43,540 nt of DNA, taken from contig DF237545.1 in the NCBI GenBank assembly GCA_000708835.1, forward strand, positions 1 to 43,540, written 5' to 3'. This DNA comes from Klebsormidium nitens (taxonomy: Eukaryota; Plantae; Klebsormidiophyceae). This document shows, one piece after another, positions 32,301 to 43,540 of this stretch. The stretch's first letter is position 1. Each line of letters starts with the position of its first letter. The notes beneath the pieces are model-generated. The model did no database searches, was not told the origin of the DNA, and saw nothing but the letters and a program-made list of their open reading frames with translations. Position numbers and translations under genes: made by a program.

Positions 32301-35300
32301 GCCCGTCCTTCACTTATGCCGTGGCTTGGTACAAGTATATGTTCTAATTATTTGACAAACCGCTCAGCCGATGACTTGAAGACCTCTTACGTGTATGGCA
32401 ACCCACTTTCTCCTCCTTTTTCAACAGAGGAGACATCATAGCATTTTCTTGAAGTTCAGACTTGATTGATTCACCTGTGCATAATAGGGGGTTCAATGCC
32501 GTCGTGCAGATACTCCAGGCCAATTGTGACGTAGAGTGCTGTTCGCAGGCGCTTGGACCAGTCAAATCTTTCAGGGCCTGCAGTAGTCAGCAGCACGCAC
32601 CCTTCACAACGTGCGAGCGACTCATGGAACGGTGGGCGACATAACACAAAGAAAGTGGGGTATGGGATTGAAGTATCAAGCATCAGATTTTACTACTTGT
32701 TGTCCATTTCAATGTTAGGAAACTCATCCAATAAGCACCCAACGACCATCAAGCCTTACCATGGAGTGCTTGAAACAGATTCCCCCCCTTGCAAAACTCA
32801 AGGACAATAATCCGTTCTGTTCCCGCTATGGCGTACCCAAGCATGGACACGAGGTACTTGTGGCGCAAACTGCTCATGATAGCCATCTCAGTGTAAAAGC
32901 TTTCGTTGTTGGGCCCCTGCAACAGAATACTCTTGCGTTCCAATTTCTAAGCGCCGGTGATGATTTTGATTGATGAATTTTTCACTTTCAGGAAAGAGGT
33001 CATCTGAAAATGTCATATATCTCCTGCCGTCTAAAAGGGAGGTTTTGCCCTTATTGGGAGGTTTTGCCCTTACGGACGACGCCCTATTCTCCGATTATTA
33101 TATTATCGTATATGGAGGGCTATCGCTACTCCAATAATCATGGATTTCAAAGAGCTAGCCCTACACCGTTTCCAGGCTTTGAGATGCATGAACAGCTCGA
33201 GTGTTCCTCACGTCCACCAGTTTCTAGACAAACATGGCATCAAAGACATTAATGAAGATTTAGTAGAATCTGACTGCAAACAACCGCTTTTAATTTGCCG
33301 CTTATTACACTGGCGGCCGACTGTCTTGATTGTTTACCTTTTTTCCTTGTCATTATGGCTTTCGTAAATAACACACAAAATGGTTCACACGCTGTGTTGA
33401 ATTCTTATTTGAAGCTTTCTTATTCAGAGCGGTGTTTGTGGGCTCTGTATACCGCTCACGCACTGTAGCAATGAGGCCTCGATTGACCAGGAAAGTTTCA
33501 TGAGTTTTCTAGGATAAAGAGGGGCGATCTATTCAAATATCTTGACACACAAGAAAAGGCTCCATTTTCAAAGTTGCGTGCTCACATTTACAGGGTCGGA
33601 CTGCAAAACCTTGACCGCCATAGATGTGCCATCCACCTGTGTTCCTTTGTAAACTGCACCAGGGCGGGGGGTGGGGCATTCGTTTCTGCGTTCTGGAAGG
33701 TCTTTAAAAATGGCTAGCATTGCAGTTTGCGATTTGGTAGAACCTACATGCGGCTGTAGAGAACAAGCTTTAGGCAGCAGCTGAGACAAGAGCACGCGAT
33801 GAGGCGCAGCCCGAAATACTCGATTTGCAGATATTTATGTCAAGAATTGGAAACTCAGGAAAGCTATCAAGCTCCAATGTTAATGAGAGCCATTTTTCTA
33901 GCCAGAACCACAAAGCTTTCGATCCAGACAGATGACTCTTCTTACATCGATCATATGTTGCCCAAGAGGCTCGGGAAATATGATTAGACAGCTGCAATTC
34001 CACTTCGATTCATTGCATCCTTACCTTTTGAAAAGCCTCCTTGGCCAACAAGGTTCGACATACTGAACCCATTTGTTGCGGACAGCACCTCCTCATAAGG
34101 ATAAATTCTGCTTTTGCTATCTCTGGCAGAGCTTGCAAATGATGTGCTGCTTCCACCTGATGTTGGTAGGAGGATATCAGCCTGAGGATTGGTGGAATCA
34201 AGAAAGTGCTTGAGACCTGAAAAGGATATGTCTCGACGGCAAAGGGTGTGAAAAATGGATGCCAAGGTGACAGACTGGAAGACAAATAGAAAAAGAGCTG
34301 AAACCATGTTGTCAAAAGACTCTTTCCTGGATGGCTGTGTCCACACCATCCTTGGAAGCCCAGTTGACAAATGATAAAGTAAACACAGCAGCCACTCCTG
34401 AATTGCCCCAGTTATTGCTGATCAGTTCCCTATTTATTGCTGATCCTGAGGGAAGTCATGCAATCAATAGATTTTGCTTTGAGACATTGATGGTTGAGGA
34501 ACATGATCTCTGCAAGATCAGAGGTGGACGCAATACCAAGTCATGGCAGGGCCAAGCTCATTACTTCTCTTGACCATTTAAGCATTTGCAACAGCTGGAG
34601 TTTGATTGGACTTTGATTATGCTACAGCTTACCAGCCTGCTTAGTTGGAGCAGCAGGGTGGTGCGGCACTGCAGCCTCTTTGGGTGCTTCATGGGTTGGC
34701 AGGTCATTGGAACGCTCCTTTTTCCGCCTTTGGTTTTTGAAAAGGCAACAGAGGACAATGCCGATAATTGCAGTGGTGACAACCGCCGCACCAGCCACAC
34801 AACCCACAATTATGCCAACTTTGGATCCACTGGAGCCTGCATATACGATTACTGGAGGAGGAGGAGCAGACGCAGGCGGGCGAATAGGGGGTGCAGGCGT
34901 TGCGGCAGGGGGCGTAGGCGTGATGGCCGGGGTCGTAGGTGTAGCACAACTGCTCACAGTGTCGACGAGGTAGTCATTGCAGCACGACCCTATAGGGCTG
35001 GAACTTGGACAAGAGCAAGTGCCGACCACATTGGCATATGGTCCAACAGTACATGTGCTAGTATCTGGTTGGCAGCAGGCGCCGTACGGGCTGGGGCTGC
35101 TGCAGGTTGAGTAGTACGTGGAGGAGGAGCCCGGGCCCGGTGCTTGGCATAGAGGGCCACTGGAACCGGCGGGACAGAAGTAGTACTGTGAGAAGCTGGT
35201 GCAACAGGAGAAAACGGGCAGGCTGTCTGGGCAGGGCACCCCTCCGAGGTTGCAGCTCTTCTTGAGCACAATGCCCAAGCAAGTCGATCCTGATGTAGAG

Positions 35301-37105
35301 CAGCATCCGGTGTAGAGATTCTGGGGGCAATACCCCGAAGGAGCACTCGTGCAGGTGTACGTAGTGACCAGTTCCCGGCCTTGGATGTGGTGTGCCGACA
35401 TAAACCCTGCAAGGAGCAAACCGAAAAGACATCAAAACACTGCTATCAAATGGAAAAGCTTGTAGCAAGGACTTTGGAAGCCCAGGTTGCTGCATTCAGC
35501 CTCCAGAGTTCCTTACAAACTCATGCTGTAGGCATCTCAAGCGTTTGCAATCGCAGGCGTTTTTTTGGTGCATATCGTACTTTCTGTTCCGACCTTGTCC
35601 CCCGTTCCCAATAACAGATCCTTCAAAGTGCTGATGGGTGATGGAAAAGTGTACCAATCGCAGAGCAACTAGCTGATGGCCTAGGTACAACAAATTATGG
35701 TGCCCGCATTTGTTCGCAGACCCCTGGAGCCCTACTTCTGCAGAGGACGGAGAGAGGTACCGAGCCACAAGCGTGCCATTTGACTTCAAAGCCTTGTTAT
35801 TTAATATGTGGTGATTACATATTGACAACATGAGGACCTTCTCAGTTCAAGTGTGAACCAATCATAGACTCACATCATCCAGCAGGTGCATTGTATTGTA
35901 ATGCCAGCTGAGTGCATTGCATCTGGGAAAGAAGCAAAGCATGTCACTAACTAAGCTTCTGATGAGTAGGAGCAATAGCTAGCAGGTTCTACTGGGACAA
36001 GATGCTTAAAGGTGTGGTTCTCTGATTATAGTTTTCCACCCACCGTGCTCACAGTGACTGTCGCAATCTGGAGAACTCAGAGTACCTTAGCACACAAAAA
36101 AGCCCGACTTACCTGTTAGGTTGAGGACAGTCTGGCCTGCGACGCCCTCCTGGAACACTCTGTCCCCAACCGGAGAATGCCCCAGATCAGATTGCGCCTG
36201 GCAGAATCCACTCTGGCACACTGCTGCGCGGCAATAAATGTTTCTTTCACAAAAGGCACAAGTGGAGGCTCCTCCATCAGACCCTTGTGTGTATGATGCA
36301 GCCGGCCATGGCAGGCTAGTGAACAGTTAGGATCTTCTCAGCCTAAGCTAAATCGCTCAAGAAATAGCAGACCAGATAGACTCCTTCGTAAAGATCCTTC
36401 ATGGTCAATCAGGTAGGCTCTTGAGATGCTCATTCTCTGTCTTAAAGAGAGAGCTGCTTCCATTTGATTGGGCTATGACCCTGATGACCCAATTCAAAAA
36501 AAAAAGACAGTCGACAAGACCTGACACAAAATCAACTCAGATGCTGCAAGCTCGGATAGGAATGCTCCAGGCATCCCCTCAGGTTGTAAGCCTTCAATCT
36601 AAGAAAGTACTTGAAAATTTGTGTCCGAGTGACTGTTTTCTTTGCTCCTCTTGGACATATTGCATCAAAGCTGGCAGTCCTTAATTATCTAGAAGCAGCA
36701 GAGAAACACGGTCAAAATAACACCTAAATGAGAGCTCTCAATTCTCCGCAGTCAGTCTGAGATGCACATTTTGCATATGCAACTTCTTGAACATGTCAGA
36801 CAGCAAACTCTACATCATAGACTGATGAGCGGAAAGTCAGAGAAGCCTTGCCCTGCACAGTAACAGGAAGTGAAGAGCACCCCACCCAGGATACATGCTA
36901 AGCAGACCGTATGCTACTTCTTCTCGACAGGATTTCTTGCCCGCGAAAGTATCTGTGGAATACTTCTGGACTGCTGCCAATACTTTGTTGCATTGCAACT
37001 ATGAGTTGGAGTCTCACCCAAATATAACAGGAGCAGCAACGTCCACTTTGAAGCTCCCGTCTGGCTCACCAGCACACCCTTCACAATCTTCCGTATCATC
37101 GTCAT
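29337..37105 (-). CDS. receptor-like Ser/Thr (RD) kinase with a Cys-rich ectodomain, Pro-rich stalk and TM helix; about 12-13 exons
   Basis: Signal exon 37105-37018, exon 36223-36113, and ectodomain/TM exon 35406-34633. Kinase exons give VGQGGFSK|VYKG...MAVK, FYTEMAIMSSLRHKYLVSMLGY, LEYLHDGIEPPIMHR|DIKSANVLF (31967-31913), LSDFGVAK (31542-31470), GYIALEY, DIYSLGVLLSELVTGR and AVECMNQHEPTARP. The last exon stops at 29337. Junctions are GT-AG. The exon(s) between 34632 and 34181 are not fully resolved. Confidence 0.85.
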
Positions 37106-37891
37106 TTTCGCTGCAAAGGACTAAGTAAAAAGTGGAAGTCCTACTAGAGTGGTTGCAAGCTCTTCCAAACGGAGGCGGTGTAGTTGTTCAGAGGAGCTCA
37201 GCTTTGTGAGGTGACGGCTGTTGAGGTGACACGAGCTCACTGACAAAGGAGTGCTTGACCACTCAGCTAGGCCCTAGTTTTTGGAGCTCAGAAACCAGTC
37301 CGAACATTTCCCCTTGGATGGATGTGGACCCGATGACACAACTTGATACATGCCAGAACAATCGCGTTCACGTATCCCGAACGGCACCCCACACGCACGC
37401 GAAGGGGCAAAACCACATTCCCGCACTAGCATCGTAGGGAGTGGCGTTACACCAAAACGAGGAAGACTCGTTGGCCCTTTGTACGTTGCACGCCACGTAC
37501 CGCTCAGCCGTCAGCATCGCTGTAAATCTGCGATTCCGACCCCTAGAGTACCGTACTTGGTTGTTTGCCGACTGGACTTCCGACTAGGAAGCTACATTCG
37601 GGTGAAACGACACCATCAATCCGGACCCGTACAACCAAACCAGAAGCAGCCGATCAACAGGGGGGGTGGACGGCAGCTCCGGGCAGACTCGGGTTCCTAT
37701 TCCATACCGTTAGCTCCAATGTGCCGGCATTTGTGTTTTTGATTTGGTGAGCGCTATTGGTGCCACGTGGAGCTCCTGTGTGCGCTCCGCTTGGCTGACG
37801 AATGCACAAATGTCTTCCCGGAAGTGTTGAAACGAAGACCGTACCGTAGTTTCGGTAAGGTCCTTTGCGACGCGACGCCTAGTATCTCAGC

Positions 37892-37930
37892 TCAGCCAAT
37901 CACAGTATCCTAGGTTCAGCCAATCACAGT
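37892..37930 (+). promoter_or_regulatory. duplicated CCAAT box (TCAGCCAATCACAGT x2) in the divergent intergenic region
   Basis: 15-bp exact direct repeat at 37892 and 37916, about midway between the two divergent start codons. Function is inferred. Confidence 0.4.
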
Positions 37931-38778
37931 GTAAGAAATCATCTGACCGTTCGATCAAGTATCGACGACCCCCGTGGAAGATTCTGCCTGTCAACACATT
38001 TCGTTCATCACAGTTCCCGGGTGATGATGTCGACACTTTTTTTAAACTCCGGTACATACCTCTGGTGCGTTGAACAACGTTCGGCACCCCGAGCTGCAGC
38101 ACCGGGACTACGGCACACCGACAAACGGAAGGGGAACCCCTCGCACCTTACGTACGGATCAAAGGATTGAACACACGATTTTTCTGTCGAAAACGAGCCT
38201 GCGGAGATAGTTCAGTCAGCGCGTTACCGTACCACGGTCGTTTCACACCGATCTCTTTTCTTTAGGGTTAAAAAATAATAATCTAGGGTGTGAATTGTGA
38301 AAAACAGAATTGACTCCACGGTGTCCTTGCCAACTACCCTCAGGGCCCCAATTAATGTGAAATGGCAATCGAGAGTACCTAGAACTAATTTGTACGGTTC
38401 GAAATGCAAACGAAAATGGTCTAAACTCGATTACCGTATTTCGCACCTGGTGGTGTGAAATGACCGCGGCGGTATGGTATCTAAGAGCATGTGTCTCGGT
38501 GGCTCCCTCAATACCGTAGTGACCAATACGGTCCTGTTTTCAGGCCTCTTCTGTGCGGATAAAGAGTAGATCCTTCATGAACTCAGCTGCTGACACTGAT
38601 CCTTGGCAAGGGAGAATGGTTGCTGTTGGTCCTTCACAAATCAGGGATAGGTACCATACTGCTCTTCAGGAACACCGTACGCTCTTCACGCACACCAAGC
38701 GACACGGAGCGATAGCTGCGACGCCCAAGTTCCAGTAAACTACCAGTTTCTCTATCAAGGTCTTGTGCAGCAGTTTTC

Positions 38779-41177
38779 ATGATGAAAACTCCGAAAGGCG
38801 CGCCGATGAGGCAAACAGGAGCTCCGAAGTGGACGCTGCTGCTCCTGCTCCTATGCTATGGTGAGGGTCAAGAATTTGCTAATTGCAATGCAGAAAGCAC
38901 TGTCACCACGTACGAACCATCTGTATTTTGTAGAAGATACTTTGAGCGTTGTCAAAATAAATGTTGAGGGGTTTTCTCAGCAATGTCCTGGGTTGATGCT
39001 CTTCATCTTCTGTCACCGCGCAGGGTTATATAATTCTCACTCATCAGTCTCTGACGCAGAATTTGCAGTCGAACATGGTCAAAATGTCGCAAGGGCAATT
39101 TTTGTGTATCAAGCCCAAGTGATGCGAATAGAGGGTTTCTTTTAGGTGTCATTTGGACTGAGTCCCTATCAAAGATCAGGGTTGCCTTCTCATTGTAATG
39201 TTAGTTTCTGATCATAGCAAGTTCTACAGTCCTCAGGCACAGACCGTCAAATGTGTATCTAGCTCAAAGTTACGATTTGAGTGAACTACTTTGGATTGTA
39301 CACACGCTTGCAGTCATTGGTCATTGGATGTGTAGTGCTGATTGTCATTTATGTGGTGGTCTGTAGAATTGGAAGATTTGCTTAATCTGAACATTTTCCT
39401 CCCCACCTATTCACGAACCTGCCATGGCCGGCTGATCATACACACCTAAGGGTTTACTGGAGGAGCCGCCACTTGTAGATTAGTTTGAAAGAATCTTGTG
39501 GTGCCGTGCAGCAGTGTGCCGGAGTGGATTCTGCCAGGCGCAAACTGATCTGGGACCTTCTCAAGTCGGGGACAGAGTGTTCCGGGAGGGCGTAGCAAGC
39601 CAAAGTATTCTCAACCTGACAGGTAAGTGTTGTCGCTTAGGTGCCCCCCGAGTCCTTCAGAACGTAGAATTACTTGGGGTAGAATTTCGTAAATTGGTCC
39701 ATTTTAAGCTTTTTAGCCTACTGGCCTAATAGAACCTGCTAAGCACTATTCTTCTCACAGAAAACTTACACATTGGCACTCTTTGCTTGCCTCAAGATGC
39801 GCTGCACTTGCTGGATGACTGCACATGTCTATTATTGGTTCAGGCTTGAATTGAGGAGGTCATGTTCTCAATATGTAAACCCTACATGTGAAATTATAAG
39901 GCTTTAACTTCAACTGGGGCTGCTTGCAGTTCTGTCTTCCTTTCCATTGGTTGCCGAAGTAGGGCTCCAAAACCTGCAAACAAATGCTAATTAACGACAT
40001 TATAATTCGATGTACGTTAGGCCCCCAGTCAGTCGCTCTGTGATTGAGGCAATATCCTTCATACACAGATCATCGTCCGGGAGGGCCTGGCATCAAAAAT
40101 CTAGGACAAGGTTAGAATAGAAACACAATTGGCACCAAAAAAAACACCTGCAACTGCAAAAGCTTAAGATGCCTAAAACAGGGGTTTGTAAAGAACCTGG
40201 AGGCCGAATGCCAATTTGCAACCTTGGGTTCCGAAGTCCTTAATAAGCTGTTCCAATTAATCGCAGTCCTTTCATGTCTTTCCCCTTTCCTCATTGCAGA
40301 GTTTATGTCGGCACACCACATCCAAGGCCGGGAACTGGTCACTACCTACACCTGCACGAGTGCTCCTTCGGGGTATTGCCCCCAGAATCTCTACACCGGA
40401 TGCTGCTCTACATCAGGATCCACTTGCTTAGGCATTGTGCTCAAGAAGAGCTGCAACCTCGGAGGGGTGCCCTGCCCAGACAGGCTGCCCGTTTTCTCCT
40501 GTTGCACCAGCTTCTCACAGTACTACTTCTGTCCCGCCGGTTCCAGTGGCCCTCTATGCCAAGCACCGGGCCCGGGCTCCTCCTCCACGTACTACTCAAC
40601 CTGCAGCAGCCCCAGCCCGTACGGCGCCTGCTGCCAACCAGATACTAGCACATGTACTGTTGGACCATATGCCAATGTGGTCGGCACTTGCTCTTGTCCC
40701 AGTTCTAGCCCCATAGGGTCGTGCTGCAACGACTACCTCGTCAACACTGCGAGCAGCTGTGCTACACCGCCAGCATATACGACCCCGGCCATCACGCCTA
40801 CGCCCCCTGCCCCAACGCCTAGGCCTCCTGCCCCAACCCTGGCGCCCCCTGCCCCCACGCCTGCGCCTCCTGCCCCAACCCTGGCGCCCCCTGCCCCAAC
40901 GCCTGCGCCTCCTGCCCCAACCCTGGCGCCCCCTGCCCCAACGCCTGCGCCTCCTGCCCCAACCCTGGCGCCCCCGGCCCCAACGCCTGCGGCCCCTTCC
41001 CCTACGCCGGTGCCCCCCGTCCTAACATCTGCACAAACTTCTAGCAGTAGCGCGCTCTCCACCCCTGCCGTCCCGTCGCCCCCAGTTGCTATTTCAGCTT
41101 CTGCCTTACGTATTATGTCTTCAAAGGTCGTTACTGGAGCATTTTTGGCTGGTGTTCTCGGCTGGATGCTCTTCTGA
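38779..41177 (+). CDS. secreted Cys-rich, Pro-rich protein with a probable GPI-anchor signal; kinase-less paralog of the adjacent receptor kinase
   Basis: Exons 38779-38860 (signal ...KWTLLLLLLCYG|), 39512-39622 and 40300-41177, all phase 1 and matching the kinase gene's exons. Same 20-Cys domain, then PAPT repeats, a Ser-rich linker and a terminal hydrophobic tail (VVTGAFLAGVLGWMLF-stop) with no cytoplasmic domain. Confidence 0.85.
40824..40991 (+). repeat. 42-bp coding tandem repeat (PPAPTLAPPAPTPA)x4, AGP/extensin-like stalk
   Basis: Four near-identical units, visible in both DNA and translation. Confidence 0.9.
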
Positions 41178-42859
41178 TACGATTGACTCAACAGGGTATA
41201 TGCTAGACAATTCTCTGCGGATAAAGCATTGCCTGAATGCTTTCTTCCCTTCGACACCAATTGCACTAGCAGCACTGATGAGTGTCCAGCTGCAGCTAGG
41301 GTTCACTCTGCTGTTTGCTGGAAAAAAGACCTTTCTTTTATTGAACGTATCATTGACCTTCGTTAATGGCAATAGCGGTGAGAAGAGAATCAATTTGATG
41401 GAACGAACTGTTGTGCATTTGCATTCGGATCTAATATATGCTCAAATACCGCCACCCCATCTTCAAAAGGGGTAGAAGATAATATTGCCTCCCGCAAATC
41501 CATCAGTTTTTGTGTTTATATTACCAGACTTCGTAGAATGCAACGACAAAAAGCACATGTCGGCTTCTTACGTTGGTAGATGCGGTTTTATATTCGTGGT
41601 CGTTATTAATAGTTCTTTTGAAAGTGCTTAGCCGCACATACTTCAGAAAAAATCTTTACTACTACCTACATTATGTTATTATTGTTCTTATCATTATTAT
41701 TCGGTGAATCGCCGCCAATACAAAAGCAATGCTGCGCTACCGTGATTAACAAACATGCAATACACCCAACCTTTCGTCCGGAGAAATGAAACCCTCCCCT
41801 TGCCGTAAAGAATGTGAGAATTTTGCCAGCCCCTTCTACGGAGCCAATAGCTAGGGTCGGTCAGCAGACTTCGCACCGCTCGATAATGGCAACATCGAAT
41901 TCATCATCAATATATCAAGTAGCCTGAAAACCGCATGAACGATTATCTATGCTGTGAACTGGAAATCATATTAGATAGGAATATTATTATATTAGATTGT
42001 AATCCCTTTGCTGCAGCAAGGCAACTTTTCTCTCAAACGCATCCTTGCATTCATAGTGGCGTTCATCCGATGAACCTGTCCTACTACCAAGCCAGGTGTG
42101 CTGCGCCACATGTCCTTGCCCGGCAGCTTTCGCGTACAACCCAGTCGCGCGCACCTTGCCCTTTTCCACGCCGATCCACAAGCATAAGACTGGCCCATGT
42201 TCCACTGCACCGCCGCAAGGCCTTGATTGGCAGTGTCTGCGTACAACTGTCGTGCCGTCATATGTACATCTCACTCCTCGCAAGCCCGAGGTATAAAGAT
42301 TGAGAGGTTGTGCAAATGAAGGAAGCCCTACATGTTTAGTAGCTCAATGTGCCCAACGCGCCGCTGCTGCTAGCACGCATGCTGATGTCACAAAAGGGGG
42401 TTGCAAAGGAGTCCTGCACGAGTGCTCTGTAAGCTGAGATGCGCTAGCGCCAAGAATGCTCTCCAAATAGCTACTTACAAAAGGTGTTCAAGGAGAGGGA
42501 AGGAGGCAACATTTAGCAAATGGGGTCGATGCTACCTGAAGTCTTGCCCGCTCCTCGACACCTAGAGTAAACGCTACCATGTGACACTAAGGTCGGAATA
42601 AAACATGACTGGATACGCTGAATATGGACGCTCTAATTAACGATCTGAACCGTTGCCGGGATGAGATCGAGGCATGATATTCTACGTTGCTGAGTCGACA
42701 TGAACGCTATGGCCAATCATGATGTGAATAGGCACTCAGTCTGAAATGTAAGTATGATCTATTGTAACAAAGTAATCTAAGCCGTCCAAGGGGGCGTCGA
42801 CGCTCAAATCTATGGTCGAACTGGCGCTACTAGCTGGATCGCAAATCTCTATGCGCTCG

Positions 42860-43540
42860 TCACACCGATGAAATCGCTATGAATGGAGAAGTGGCCCAAG
42901 TGGCACAGGCAACGTGGCCATGAGGCCTAGCAACTACAATGACGCTAGTATGCATCAAATGCACAGCCCTAACGTGGCGCTGATGTATGCTCAAGGCTGT
43001 GCTGCGACGATCATCCGTGGCATGACACAGCTCGGCGGCGCGCACCTCGTCCTTCTCCACGCCATTGCCGCTGTAGTGGCACACACCCAGGTTGAATTGC
43101 GCCCTCGCGTCATCCTGCGCTGCTGCCCATAAGTATTGACAGGCACCCTGCAGCGCCTCGCACCCGCTCAGGTCCAGGCTCGTCATCCCCGTCAGCCGCC
43201 GGACCGACTCCGGCAGGCTCCGCAGCGCCAGGCACAAGCTCAGGTCCAGGCTCGTCATCCCCGTCAGCTGCCCGACCCACTCTGGCAAGCTCTGGAATGA
43301 ACTCCTATCTGAAATCAGACCGAAAAGGGAATACAAATCCAGGGTCCTGAGCGGCAACAATTGCTTCATGAGCCCTGTCAGCGCCCCGACCGACTCCGGC
43401 AGGCTCGTCAGCGCCCTGCACCGGCTCAGGTCCAGGCTCGTCAGCCCCGTCAGCTGCCCGACCGATTCCGGCAGGCTCGCCAGCGCCGCGCACCCGCTCA
43501 GGTCCGGCTCGTGAGCACCATCAGCCCCCCGATCCACTCC
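42860..43540 (-). pseudogene. LRR + Sel1-like repeat gene fragment, frameshifted, 5' part off-window
   Basis: LRRs of type LDLSGCxALxSLPESVGQLTGLTS, followed by a Sel1-like AQFNLGVCHYSGNGVEKDEVRAAEL. Near 43505, AGC-CGG-ACC stands where other units have AGC-CTG-GAC, a 1-nt loss that shifts the frame. Confidence 0.65.

Noticed and set aside
31600-32470. Apparent lack of the HRD motif in the kinase (pseudokinase)
   Set aside because: A 55-nt exon at 31967-31913 supplies DIKSANVLF, completing HR|D.
1-43540. rRNA or tRNA genes
   Set aside because: No conserved rRNA segments or cloverleaf/box A-B patterns were noticed. A tRNAscan-SE/Infernal run would be needed to exclude them.

Overview
Eukaryotic, plant-lineage genomic DNA with GT-AG introns, plant-type 24-aa LRRs and Pelle/RLK kinases. 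A streptophyte alga such as Klebsormidium is my inference, not a database result. There are four N-gaps (4042-4784, 7229-8178, 11093-11797, 22177-22827). Host-like genes flank the window. On the left is an LRR receptor-like gene (minus strand, continuing off-window). On the right are a multi-exon RD receptor kinase (minus, 29337-37105) and, head-to-head with it, a kinase-less, probably GPI-anchored paralog (plus, 38779-41177) that shares an almost identical 20-Cys ectodomain exon. A frameshifted LRR+Sel1 fragment lies at the right end. Between about 2.8 and 28.6 kb is a repeat-rich island of large-DNA-virus/plasmid-type genes: an MSV199/KilA-like ORF, a Prim-Pol + D5-type SF3 helicase, a Cys-repeat endonuclease, a UL9/origin-binding-type SF2 helicase, and an AEP primase-Zn finger-UL9-type helicase fusion. 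All three helicase genes carry spliceosomal introns and are disabled by stops or frameshifts. Each has its own palindromic repeat family, found almost only in its introns. I saw no capsid, polB, integrase or transposase gene and no clear terminal repeats for the island. All family assignments come from motif recognition by eye, with no database search.
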